A stretch of 43,204 bases of DNA from Balanoglossus misakiensis (lineage: Eukaryota > Animalia > Hemichordata), in NCBI GenBank assembly GCA_040954595.2, contig JBECUI020000064.1, positions 1 through 43,204 of the forward strand, written 5' to 3'. How positions within the stretch are numbered: the stretch's first letter is position 1; every line of letters starts with the position of its first letter. Below are positions 25,393 through 38,571 of this stretch, in pieces. A program made the position numbers and the translations under genes. The notes beneath the pieces were generated by a model. It did not search any database, was not told the DNA's origin, and saw only the letters and a program-made list of their open reading frames with translations.

Positions 25393-28300
25393 ATGACTGA
25401 AAAACTCGCGAATGTATTATTAATCACAGCCAATGTTGGTTCAGTATTCGAAGAGGTAGGGGCAACAATATTACATCATTTGCATGATTAGAATGTAGTT
25501 TGTCACTGTATGTATGTGTATATACATAGGTGTACCTGGTATGTGTGTGTAAATGCATGGTTTTGTTTTATATTATTGGTATGTTGATGCATTATATTTT
25601 TTTTTCATAAAATATTTATGATAGTAGTCAATCTTTCTTAGAAAATGTAGCGTGTGTTTTCTATATCATACGGCTTTAGAAATGTTGTCAGTGACACTTA
25701 TTATTTGTCACGAAAGTTCAAATAGATGGACCAGTCGAGTCTAATACAGGTTTATTTGTAGACTTTATCTGTATATCATGACCCTGTCTATTATCCTGGC
25801 TACTTGACCATTGTGTCAATCATGCACGTCTGTCTGAATCTGTCAAACATGCCTTTACCAAATTATCTGGAAATTTTGCACTTTGCATGTTACATTGATT
25901 TTGTGAAACCACACTAATAAGCAATCAAGTCGCATATAACAGTGAGTGGTGTATAATATGTTGATGTCTTTAATGGGTGTCATGGTGCATTCCTTCTATG
26001 ACATTCTTGAAAAATATGCAGAGTCAGTTCATAGGGTGAAGGTCATATCAGATTCCTCCTCAATATGACATTGTGTAAATGTCCAATGAACTTTGGGCAA
26101 GAAATCTAGGGCAAATTATCCTGTATAAAAGTGTCAATAATAAATCCTGTGCAACGGCTGGGAAAATCATTGAATTATGAGTGATTTTGCAAATTATCCT
26201 ATACTCAGGACGCCAAATGAGAAAGTGGAAATGTTTCTCAATTACATACTTATAGTTCTTATTTGTTGTGAAAAGCAAAACACACTCTTTATTTTTTTGT
26301 TCATGAGTTTCTGTTTATGCTGACAAGTGAGTTCAGGTGAATGAAGCTGAAAAGTGAAATGCATGTATCTCCACATTCTATTGGTTTTAGTTCAGAATTT
26401 TTATTTTACTTATTAATATTATTAATATTATTATTATTATTAGTAGTAGTAGTAGTAGTAGTACTAGAAGTAGTAGTTGTTATTATTTTTATTAATATTC
26501 TTATTTATATATTATTGTTATTATCATTCTATTAGTAGTACTAGTTGTAGTAGTAGTAGTAGAAATAGTAGTAGTACTTTTGTTATTATTTATTGGTTTA
26601 TTATTTGTTTATTACTATTATGTTTTTTTTTATCACTTTTATTCACATCTCAGTACTATGTACACAACAAATATAAAATGATGACTTTATTGTTATTGCA
26701 ATAAAAGATGACCAATGAAAAATGATTTTAAAATGCTAATTAAGTATTTTTTTGCAAGGTAAGTATAACTTCAAGTTTTACTTCACACCTGATCTTGGAT
26801 AGTCTCATTGCCATGGCAACCCATGCATATAAGCAAGGGCCATACCATGCAGTTAATCAATGCTTCCATGGAAATGGTTTATATAATGTCCTTTTATCAG
26901 TAAAAGGGTGTATTTCCATCTGGCAATACACAGATGTTGTTAATGTCTTTGTCACTGTGCGATAGTCATTTTTTATTTCAGAAACTGGCAGATATCAACC
27001 TTGTTTAGACCTGGAAGTGAAACTGGTTAAAGTCAGTGTTTGATTTCATTCATCATACACCAAAGGCTGCCATCCAATTGTTTCCTTCAGATGAAGTCTT
27101 TCCAAATTGTGTAAATCCTGTAATCCTGCTGCCTATGCAACACTGCACTTTTTGACCTTTCCATAGGTCCATGGTACACCAGTGTAGGGCCTGAGTCAGA
27201 TAGAACCATTCAGTATGAACCCACTTATGTGATATCTGAGAATAGAGAATTGATAGATGGATATTATGGTCCATTAATTAAATTGTCGTGACGGGATATC
27301 AGTGAATTGTTTTTTTTTAATGCGTCTGTGATCCTTGTAACGTTAATGAGGTATAAAATAATGTATGATAACATTTGACAAGGTCATTCCAGAATGTAAT
27401 AAAGAGAGTGCAATAAACCGGAAAGGAGAATACATGTATATGAGAGTTTTGACATTTATCTGAGGGTATTTTGTGTTCAGTTACAATGTGATTTCCCGGG
27501 AGTGTCTGTTTTTCCATAGAACATTGTGGTAGCCTGCATGTGGCATTTTTATTCCAGAGTAGGTCTACTCACTCTAGAGAACCCAGGAAGTTTGTCTATT
27601 CGCAGGAACACTGGAAACTCCATTATGGGGAGAGCATGTGTTGGCCATTTATGGTGTAAATTTTTGATGAAGCAGTTTAAAAAAATTATCTTGTTTGGTA
27701 CCAACATGCCTTATTTCCATCAAGCTACAACCTGCACTAGCATGCTGAATTCTAAATGTATTTTCATAAGTGATTTTTTTAATCAGCATAGGGGCCCAGT
27801 GACCTGAAGCCTGCTGTCTGTATCTGACAGTTTGGTTTCTGAAGAAAAACACACAAAATGGATGTCAAGGTCTCCTTTACAAGTTCAAAGTCATCCCCGT
27901 GATCCAACATCAGAATGCATTACATCAACAGTACAGTCCTGTTTCATGACTGCTGCAAATAATCTGTCTTTTCACCGGTGGTTTGCAAAGAAAACTTTAA
28001 TTGACTTTGCAATGTCAGGGTCAGTTGACAATCTGAATGTATAGAGGGCACATATACACACATGCACCTTGTCTTGTTTTTGTGACAGTTTCTTACAAAG
28101 ATCATTTCCCGGAGGGGGAGTCATTCCCCAACAGGGCACTTTTAGAAAATTCAATTTGGGGACCTATACATGAACAGCAGCCAAATATACTGGTTTGCTG
28201 CTGTAAATATCACAAACATTTCAGCAAAATTGCTTCTTTCCCATTTCAGAAACTTGAGATGGGTCAAGGCAGTAAGCTTCGAATCACCATGGCAACATAG

Positions 28301-31300
28301 CAGCAGCTCTACTGATATTAAATTTACCTAAATGAACTGATCAATAAAGAGTTAGATTGAGAACAGAAATAATGGATCACGAAAAATGCATTATAAATAT
28401 TTAAAAACTGATGTTTAAATTGCAGATACATTCACAATAGAGTGGCCATTAAAGAACAAAGCTTGAATCCATTTGCAGTATTGTGAGGAACAAAGGGTAA
28501 CCTTGATATTTCTCTTGGTGTTCCCGAATCATGCTTCGTTGTTCTACTAAAGACTTTGTCTGTATCACGACCTTGTCACATTTTAAGAAACCCACCTTCT
28601 TTTGCATTGAATGGTGAAAATAAATGTTTCTGAATATGGCCCATTTCCACATCATCTCAATGGAGAAGGAATTTTTTTTTTGTTTTTCACATTTTGGTCA
28701 TTCATGGCTTCTCACATCTGTAGGGAATAATGGTGTGTGCGTGCCTTATAAGTTATAGAAAATCCATTCATAGCCACCAGCCATATCTAGCCTAGAAAAC
28801 TTGTGGGTATTCCTTTGCATTTAGGTAGGACAATACATTGCTGGAATGAAAGTATACTGTCTCTCAAAGAGGAATCGTTTAATGGGAAAGTAATTTTGAA
28901 GAGACGATATCAGTGTAATGTATTGGATAAAAAGCCAAAATGACATTTTGTCTGTATCAGATATGTCAGTGTACTGTGGATGCGAGTGAGGTTCACATTA
29001 GACAGCTAGTTTGTGTCATCTCTTTGCAGATGTACGTTTAAAATCAACTCAAAAAGACAAATATCGACATGTCATATTTGAACAGTGTTGGACTTGGTTG
29101 CTCCTCTGGTATCGAAGTGGGGTACTTGTCGGTTTAGTGAAAAATTGAAGTGTCTCTGACTCAAGAAAATCACTTGTGACTCAAGAAAATGATCAAACTG
29201 ACAGGTAAAGTTATAGGGCTGACACAAAAGAATTGCCCAAATTGACTAGTAGATATCACAGAAATCATGTTTGCTGGAGGACACACAGTTAGGTGTATAG
29301 TGATAATCAAGGCAGGCTTGTATTGTCTGATTACCTTTGTGGTAAAAATTCTAAAAATCATCAAAACCTTAGGGTAATATGACTTTCTGTGGTTGATTTT
29401 AAAAGCACTATGCCATGTTTCTTGGCACGCGAGTTCCGACTTATCGAGTAAAACGCACTGTTTCTGGATTTCACAGAAACTGCACAAAGCTTGCAGAGTA
29501 GGCTAGCTTTCCAAACACAGAGGCAGTGAAATGAGATTTATATGATGTCACCCAATTTGTCAGGAAAGAAATATGCATAGCTCAATGAAGCCACCCGTAA
29601 AATGTGCAATCAAATAAGTTTTCTTAAAATAGTGGGACTCTTTCAAAATACACATGTGGTAATAGATCACTTTTATAGGCAATAATAAATTGTGTGTTAT
29701 AATGTAACCTTTAAAATTTAATTGAAACTCGTATTTCATGATTTTATAAATTACATTTTAATATGCAATAACTGACCTTCCTTTACTGGTGATGTGGTTG
29801 ATGTCGATTATACTTCAGAAATGATTCATGCAATTTATTTTTATATGACTCGCAAAACGTGATATATGTATTAAACGTTTTAGGGTCACCTATGAAATTA
29901 AGCCACAGTTGCCATGGAAAGTTGAGATCTAGCTAATCACAGTTTTTCTTTTTGGGTGGCTGCATGAAAAAAATGTGTGATGTACCACCACATGGTCATT
30001 TGAAGACGTAGACTGTCCTTTCAACCATATATGGGCATGTGTAAATTAAAGATGTTTGTATTCCTTTATCCTCAGAGAAAGACAAAATCTTGAAAGGGCA
30101 GTTCATCATTTGAAAGTAATAAAGAAAAAAGATCTGACAGGGCATGAAATGGAACTAGTCTTGTGAGTTCCAAAAACAATAGATGCCGGAAATTGAATTA
30201 TGATCCACTCAGCCGAAGGACTTCTAAGCCAATTAGATGCATTACCACCCTCTGAGGACAGTAAGGAGCTTCCATCATAAGAAACCGAGATCTCTTGAAT
30301 TTCAACTAGGTGTGATTAATGTTTGTCTCATTCCCGTGGCGACTTGATGGGCCAGGCAGTCTGCGGTGCTCGTCAAGAGCTTGTGTTGGCTATTCTGCCC
30401 ATTTTCAAGGCTCTTTATTTCTCCTTGAGAAGGAATGCATGACACATAAGACATATATTTGTGTCATTTCAGGGAGGGAGTAAGGGTTCATCTCTTTGCT
30501 GTTCATCAAACTCGATATACCCGTACAAAAAGACGAAAACTAAAGCTACCCTGTTATATTCACACAGCAGTACCTGTGTAGAAAAATAGCCAAATGCTAA
30601 AATAACAAATAACATGAAGCAGCATAAATGCCCATCATGGTATTATTTATAGAAAACAATGAATAGGAAACTGTGGCTCACAGTGTCTTTGGGTAAACTC
30701 TACAGAATTTCTGTTCTTTGGATGAAAAGTTAATCAAGCTGAAACCACTTTGATCGTTATTAAGTTGTCTGAAGTTGATATGAGTCTTGTCATTGTCTTC
30801 TGTCACCTGCACAACATTTGGAACATGACAGAGTATCTTGTTGTTTAGAAAAGGTTTTGGCCCTTCTCATTGATGTGATTGGAATTTGTCCATTAGCACA
30901 GTCACAAAAGAAGATACTCTTTTCAAGTCTTTTGTGCTGGTCACGTCCAGTTGACTGATTCCTACACTGTACCCGGATTTTAAAAGTTCCACTCTGTTTG
31001 CGCTTAGTCAACCACGAAAGACGTAGTGTAAGACTGAAATGATTTGTTACAGTTATGTAAATTGTAGCAATTCAAAGAGAGACTATCTGCAAGTACGTAC
31101 CGTAATTTGTAATATAAGCAGGAACAGCATCTAGCCACTGATAGAAAGGTAGATATTTATTTGTGTTTTTCATCCTTTTGGAGCATGTGCAGTGGTCAAA
31201 ATTAAAAACTCCAGAATTAGAATGATTAAAGGTGTATGGTCACTGTTGCAAATTTACATGTAGCTAAATCAGGCCAACAAATTTCTCTTAGGTGCACTGA

Positions 31301-34300
31301 TGATGCACGTACAATACTTTGGCAATTTCACCTGCCAGACGTAAAACGTATTACAATGGATGGCATATCAAGGTACATATAGGTCACTGATGGGTTCATC
31401 AGGTCAGTTTAAAGCCTTTTTGGATGATGATTTGTGGAGAGCAAAGGAATGTGCAAAGTGACCTTTTGTGAAATAATTGACTTGTCTCTTGTGGTTGCAA
31501 CAGATGAGAATTTCCTGCCATTTGTGCTTGTAGATCATCTTGGTGAGACTGTGGTCGAGCCAACAACCCGTGCGAGCAGACGATGCTTGCAGATTTGCAT
31601 GTCAAAGCATAAAAAATGGAACAAAATACATATTTCAAGAGTAGAAATCGCTCTATTATAGAAACCAATCAGTCATCTTCGCCTGCCAAAGGCTTTTTGC
31701 TTTTATAGGGAGATTGTAGTCGAGCCAACAACCCATGGGATCAGATGATGTCAGTCAGTGTGATTTTAATATACATGTACTTGTATAGATACTCTGAAAT
31801 AGATTTTCAGTCTTTGGAAATTAGACCTTGGTTGAAAAAGGTGAAAATTGTGTGGAAAACAGTGAAAACTGACTGCCTCTTCATTGCAAATGTGTACTTC
31901 TCAAAAGTCTCTCGGGATGAAATGAAGTAGTTACCGATAAAGAATTGTACATGTAATTGGGACTCGGTATGGGAATAATGTGTGATTGACAGCAACAGAA
32001 AAGACTATGCAAAACTATGCAGACATTATAAAGTGTGAAAGCCCACAATGTCATTTCATCAGCTAATTTTCCACTTCACATGAGGCATTCCCGTGAAATG
32101 ATACTTGATATGATCTGGAAAACCCAAGAGTGAATAGGTTGATGTATTGAAATGAACAGTCGCAGGCATAGCAGCGGTAATGTCATGAACTCGCGTTTCA
32201 AGACAGCGCTGATTGATATATTGGCTCAGGAAATAAGATCTCTAACTGCCATAGCTGTTGGGCCACAATATACATCGGTCAAAGTCTGCAAAATTCAATG
32301 CAGGCAAAATGGATCAACAAAAATATTTCTACCAGAACATGAATATATGATTAGTTGAACTTTGGCTCCTGAGGTAGAAATTATTTATGAAAATTCCCAT
32401 TTGGAGCACTGAAGTCTTCTCGCTTCAGTTGAAAATGCAGAATAGACATATAAAAACCTGTTGGAATGCAAGTAATCACATTTTCATAGGCAAGAGGGTG
32501 TTGATGTTGGAAAATGTATGACATTCTTTGCAAAGGCAGATAGGACAGAGACAGTATAAGTTCTATGCAGTACATGTACATAGTTTCTGTGACCTGACAT
32601 TGATCTCTCAAGTGTTTAGAGACACAAGTACATGTATACACTCCCAGCATCTAATGTCCACAAGTATAAGGTCATAATTTATCGAGAGCAAATTTAGAGC
32701 AGTTCATTAACACATTCAAAGGTCTGTGCCCTTGCAGCTGACATGCTCTATGCTGGCGTTACCATGGCAATGGATGTAGGTCAGACAGATGGGGCTTAAC
32801 ATGGTATTGATTCAGAGCTATGTAAAGTGTAAAGATATGGGTCGTGTTTACGGAACAAACCACGTATAGTGTAGAACTTTCTCTGGGCATCCTTATCTTG
32901 ACGTCTTTTAAGGTCACGGGTCAGATGTCCCTCTACTGATCCAAATGACACGTTGCACGAATGGAACTTATACCCAGTATTATTTTATGCATTTTCTCTT
33001 TGACGCCATTTCGGAATGGTAGAAAATTGCCATCAGTATGTGCATATCTTCATATTAAAATCCTAGTCCCTTTAAAATCATAACACACTTACATCCCTCT
33101 TTAAAAGACAAGCATGATTATATCCTGGTATATGTTTATGCCTGTGGTATGTTAATAAGGTAGATTTATACAAACCTTGGGGTGAAATTCAACATTTACG
33201 CTAATGGACTTTGAAAAGGAGTTACACTGATCCATATAGCATTATTGTCTGATAGTGGAATTTTAATGGTGAAATAGGATAGATAGGTAGATTGTAATCC
33301 TGCTTTTGTCATCAGAAATACTTCAGTATTTGGTACAATGCTGATCAACATTTTTTAATTTTCCTAATGATGTCCAAATAGGTGCCATCTGTTGAGAGAC
33401 AGTAAATTTCACTTTCTTCTCCATTATCTCTGGAAAGCTTTCTCTGAACTTGGTAGTTGTATTATTATTGTATGTTGGTTAAAAAAAACTGCCAACGGGT
33501 AGCCATATTGGATTGCACTGCAAAACAATGTTTTGTGGTGCAATCCAATATGGCTGCCAGTTGGCTGTTTTCATATGTTAACGTTCAGGATTATTACTAA
33601 GGCATTTTATGACTGATTGCTTTATATATTGGTACACTTTTGGCCTAAGCTAACTGTATCTAAACCTATTTTATCATCCTGAAGACATCATTTGTTTGAT
33701 GGAGATGAAGATATTTTACTGCAGTTCATTTTAAGCATCTTCATTCAAATTCATCACCCTGATTACATTAATTCGTCTGTCTGTTTGATAAGCTGAATAG
33801 ATATGTAATTAATTAATGGCATAGCTCATCAGTGGACTATTGTCAATTACTCATCTTGATAATTAAACGCATATTCATTACTATCACATATTCTTGCGAT
33901 GCCGCAACATAGGTCAAAGGTCACTCATCTGTATAAAGTATGTGATTGAAATTAAAGGAATGTGTATTCTAATAAAAGTCATTCAGGGATATAGGTATGT
34001 CAGTCTGTGTACTTTGTAGTAAACCTTCTGCTGTTTAAAAATTTAAAAATTTGATTTCACTGAAAGGCACGTAAGCTGTAACTTTTGGGATAATTTTCAT
34101 AATTTTTGTTTCAAACTGCACTACCATTAGTCCATGCAGATGAAGGCAGTGAACTATACACAAGCATTATAAACCCTAAATATGAGTGCATATGCAAGTT
34201 TTAACCAGATAAATAATAAAGCTTTGCCGCAAGTGATTATGGCCGCCACCGTGGGAAAATGCAAGAAACAATGAAAATGTTGCATTTCCGATTGTGAAAC

Positions 34301-37300
34301 TTCATAAACAAAACATGATCTCATCCACTTGGGCTCATGGAAGTAAATGTACACCACTGAGACATCAGATTTTCATTTTTCATTGCAATATTGCACTTTT
34401 TTAAAAATTGCAGGAATTTTCGTTTTTCTTTAATTTTTGGCAATTTTGTCATAAATAAGTTTTGAGCTTGATATATTATCATGAAATATCATTTAATAGA
34501 CATAATTAAAAGCATATATGAGATTATTTAAAACTTTAATTTTTTTATCCAGTTGCAGCTTACGTGCCTTGAACTCATCATGCTAAGACATGCATGTGGG
34601 CGTACTGTGTAGTTCTATCATTCTTTGCTCACAAATCCTCATTGCAATAATGCACATGGTTGATGTTATCACCCTCGTTTCCTGTCTCAGATCATACATC
34701 ACCATAATCAGATTACTCCTTAGGCGATATTTTTCAACACACGACAAGATGCAAAACTGTGGACTCCATACTAAAACCTCAGGCTGTTTATGATAAGAAG
34801 CATATAGTTGGCATGCAAATAACATTCTTTTTTTACATTTTCCATGAATGCCGGATGTTCCCTCATCCCTATCAATCAATCAATATCGGATAATCATCAT
34901 TCCGTTCGTACAACTGGTTGTAAAACCAGCAAACCGTGAATTCAATGAAATGATTAAAATTAACCCATCTGAGTTTTAATTTCCTGATGACAAGAATATT
35001 CTGAGCGAAACGTAGTTTAGGAGACAACCTGATCGTTTCAAGGATGCTAATAAGATAATCATGGTAAACTGTTAGAAGTAGAAGCCTTACAGACTCAATC
35101 TGCATGAGTTGGGTATGTCGGCAATGTTGATATAAAATTAAAATACTCAATCAGTATTATATAAAGGACCCATGGATGTGATCGGAAATGTTAAGAATGC
35201 ATGTGCAATGAAATGAAAGTAATGCGTTTATTAGCTTGGAATGTGAATTATTGAATTCATCTCTATTTGTGTGTTAATCAAAAGTCATGATAGGGCATTG
35301 GAATGACCTTGTTATTCACACAAATCATTGTGTCAGAAAGCTCCTGTATGTAATCAGATGTTTTCCCATAGCAGGAAAAGATAAAATGTGACTCAAAAAT
35401 GCTATGTTAGCAAAACTTTGTTTATAACATGTTGAAGGATGATAAACAAAACAAGAGGATAATTTTCTTGCAATTCTGCGCCTTATCATTGAACTTCTCC
35501 ACATGTTGTCAACAGAAACTGATCATCATATGAATTAGTTGAGTATGAAGGTGGATTGGTATCTGTATTCTGGAGAGGCATTAATGGACACGCTTTCATG
35601 GTAACGAAATTGAATTTATCTGAGCAGATAAATTGCAATCTAGAATTTAATGTCATTATTGTCACATGGATCCTTGAAGTGTTATGGGTAGGAAAGCTTC
35701 AGGGGTAACCGGAAATGTTTACACCGGTCCCCTGAGTTGAAATTGTCTGGAGACAAAGCCATACTGTCCTCTTACGTGCAAATTCCACAGTAAATTTGGC
35801 ACCACTTGCAGATAGACTTGCAAATACTTCAGTTGTTTAATGGTTGAAGGATTGTTGAATCCCTAAAAGCCATGAATGTAAGGTCACTGAACGTAAAATC
35901 AATAAAATGCGAGATTAAATAAAATACAAAATCAATAAAAATGTAAAAGCTGGATTAATGGAGAATTCTGCAAGCAGGTAGCGGTTGTTGACACACTCAA
36001 AATTTCACATTCATTTCTGTTTAATTTTACACAGTACTTTATCTCACATAACAATAACAAAGTCTCGCTGCATAGGTACAGTGTCGTTTTATAGTTAAAC
36101 CTGCCGAGTACCCCCAATCTGATTAAAAATCCAATGTAGAGATGTGTCGGTGTTTTCGCTTGATGTTACTGAAAAAAATGGCAATCATACCAACTTGTGC
36201 AGTCACCCCTAAAAGAAACTCAGACATGTTAATTGGGAGAATTAAATCATCTGTGAAGAATGAAATGCAAAATGCTGTTTCTCAATTCCAGCTCTGCTGC
36301 AGTGCTGCCCAAATTAGATCTTATTTTGTTGTCCGTGTGTGTTTTATTCCTTTAATGTGGTACTGTCGACAGTTGTGAAAAGAACAATTTTCATACTCCA
36401 TTGAAGTCAAAATAATGTTGTATCAGATTGAGACAGCAGTGATGGCCTCTGTCTATCGCTGCATTCACTCGGGAGATCCAGATTAGTAGTCCAATCAGTA
36501 CGACTTGTCTGAGTTTATCTGATTAGCAGTACAGATGCGGCTTTTTCAGCTGCAAATTGTAAATATCAGCCATTGCTATGATTCCGAACTCAGGATTGCG
36601 TTTTCAATGGAAGGTTTGGAAATGATTCATGGTCCCTGAACTTATTCCGATGTACAACATATACCAACAGAAAGATGGAACTGCATTGTCAACTGTGCAG
36701 CATTCAAGCTGAGCTGAGTGTGTTGCAGGCAGATAATATCAGGTCATTGTCTTGTCTGGCATCTTGAAAATTCCAATTTTCTGGATCACAGTACATAATA
36801 CTAAACATACTTCAACCATTAACTGGCGAAGAACCTTGACTGGTTTGCCTTCAGCGTCGGACCCTGAAAATTAGACACTCTCAGCAGAACAATCAAACTT
36901 TGCAACTGTTTTAAATGCAATGGGCCAGATAAAAGACTTTATGTTTACGAGAGTCCAGAAAAAAAGGGCATGAAAATACTAGGAGGTTTTATATAGCAAC
37001 ATAAAAGTTTCAGCAGCTGTTGTTTAAATACTTTCATGATTTGCTGTGTGATGCTAAATCATGAAGTGTTAGGTGTTATGCTTACCAGTGAAATTTACAT
37101 CACATAAAGTCAAACGTGTATGTCATAATTAAATAACTTCAGTACAGGTATTTGTACTCGATGAACCTGAAAATCTTCACATTTTCACCGTTTTTTTCTT
37201 TTTTTCTTTTATAGCCGGATACCATGCTGATAAAATGGACCACAGAGTTCTTACAGGTAAGCAAATACAGGAGAACCTGTGTAAACCGGACACCAAAGGG

Positions 37301-38571
37301 ACTGAAGAAATTGTTCGGTTTGCAGAGGTGTCCGGCGGTTATGCGTGCAGAGGAAAAGATTTACATCTGTGGCAATAATCCCCCAGTGATACATGTAGTA
37401 GACTGACTTTTGATAGCGTGGGGGAATCTTTCGATGAAATCTTCTTCATCGTATTATCCTCTTTGCGTAATACTGTCTTGTTCCTGTGCCATTCTGGTGC
37501 CACAGTATCACAATCATAAAAGCTGCATTTTTTTTGCCCTTTCATATTTCCATTTTATTGCTTATCTCTGTTCAGTGAGCATTGATAATAGCGGAACATA
37601 TGAATCGGATGGTTTTCAAAAGGAAATAAAAGTTCAGTTCTATTCAGAAAAAATAATCCCCACTGTGTGTAATTTCTGTATTGTAGTGAAATGCTTTGTG
37701 TAAAGGGTTAATGTCCATGTCAGTCACAATGCATCAGCATGTAGTCTCACTTTCACAATACTAATGTAACTATGATTTTAGATTCACATCTTCCTGTGAT
37801 ATTTTGTGGAGGGGTTTTCAACCAAAACTATTCAACAGAAAATGAAAGGGCAAAGTTGCCATCTTATCGACTTTGAGGCTACATTAAATTCCTAGAAAAT
37901 TCTGGAATTTGGACTGGGTTGACTGAAGACGTTATTGGGAGTGCTGTGCTGGACATGCTGATTTTTGGAATTTTTGTTCTTACAGACTGTCAAGGAGAAA
38001 CAGCCGCAGTTTATAGCCTTGCATTGTCAAGAAGTGGGTGGAAAGAACTACAGAACGAGTATGCAGCATTTGGAGCCGTTTACTAAGTAAGTCAGCAGTG
38101 TATTCATCAGTTTAACAACCCTGGATACGAGACTCAACTGTGTTTTTCTAAAATCTGTATTGATATTGATATATAGGTATTCACTTTAACATCCATCAAT
38201 TCTGGTTATCCTCAAAGCCACATTGCCGTGTGCTTGAGGTCAAATCACTGGGTACTGAAATGCATCTTGGGTAATCACAGGGTTTGAAGTGCATCTTGGG
38301 TAATCACATGGGGTTTTGGTATCACTCAACCTTAACTAAAATATATCTGTTCAATGTTTAACTTCACACCACAACAAGCGATGATATCGTATGTAACCAC
38401 AGTATGTCGTGAAAATTTAATCTGACTCTAATATATTTTATGTGGAGTTTATTCACTGATGGTAATTATTGTTTTTCCCCCAGGGTACTTCTTGAAAGCG
38501 AAGAGCTGAAACATTACAACAGAGCCAAATTTTTCCTCGATGATGAATTTGAAAAACAAGAATCATTCACT
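25393..38571 (+). CDS. INPP5A: Type I inositol 1,4,5-trisphosphate 5-phosphatase, first 4 coding exons (continues beyond right edge)
   Basis: Exons 25393-25455 (MTEKLANVLLITANVGSVFEE), 37215-37256 (PDTMLIKWTTEFLQ), 37986-38086 (TVKEKQPQFIALHCQEVGGKNYRTSMQHLEPFT) and 38484-38571 (VLLESEELKHYNRAKFFLDDEFEKQESFT). LLxTANVGS and ALHCQExGGKNY are INPP5A signatures. Phases are consistent. Confidence 0.95.
26401..26630. repeat. Compound (ATT)n/(AGT)n low-complexity repeat
   Basis: Alternating ATT and AGT runs in INPP5A intron 1. Confidence 0.9.
31545..31750. repeat. Diverged direct repeat (41-nt core, 165-nt spacing)
   Basis: GAGACTGTGGTCGAGCCAACAACCCGTGCGAGCAGACGATG (31545) versus GAGATTGTAGTCGAGCCAACAACCCATGGGATCAGATGATG (31710). 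Confidence 0.85.
33486..33570. repeat. Near-perfect inverted repeat (42-bp arms)
   Basis: 33486-33527 and 33529-33570 are reverse complements at 37 of 42 positions. Confidence 0.92.
37266..37335 (+). mobile_element. Truncated pogo/Tigger-type MITE end
   Basis: TA+CAGGAGAACCTGTGTAAACCGGACACC...GGGAC...TTCGGTTTGCAGAGGTGTCCGG. It has a TA-CAG terminus and internal inverted subrepeats (CCGGACACC/GGTGTCCGG), resembling Tc1/mariner-pogo MITE ends from recall. No partner end is seen. Confidence 0.55.
38256..38316. repeat. Two-copy 29-nt tandem duplication
   Basis: TGCATCTTGGGTAATCACA at 38261 and 38290. Confidence 0.85.

Noticed and set aside
26341-26704. Hydrophobic ORFs resembling membrane peptides
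   Set aside because: They are translations of ATT/AGT microsatellite.
27000-37200. Many 60-105 aa ORFs in INPP5A intron 1 as a nested gene
   Set aside because: No recognisable domains, no phase-consistent exon chain found, and lengths are as expected by chance.
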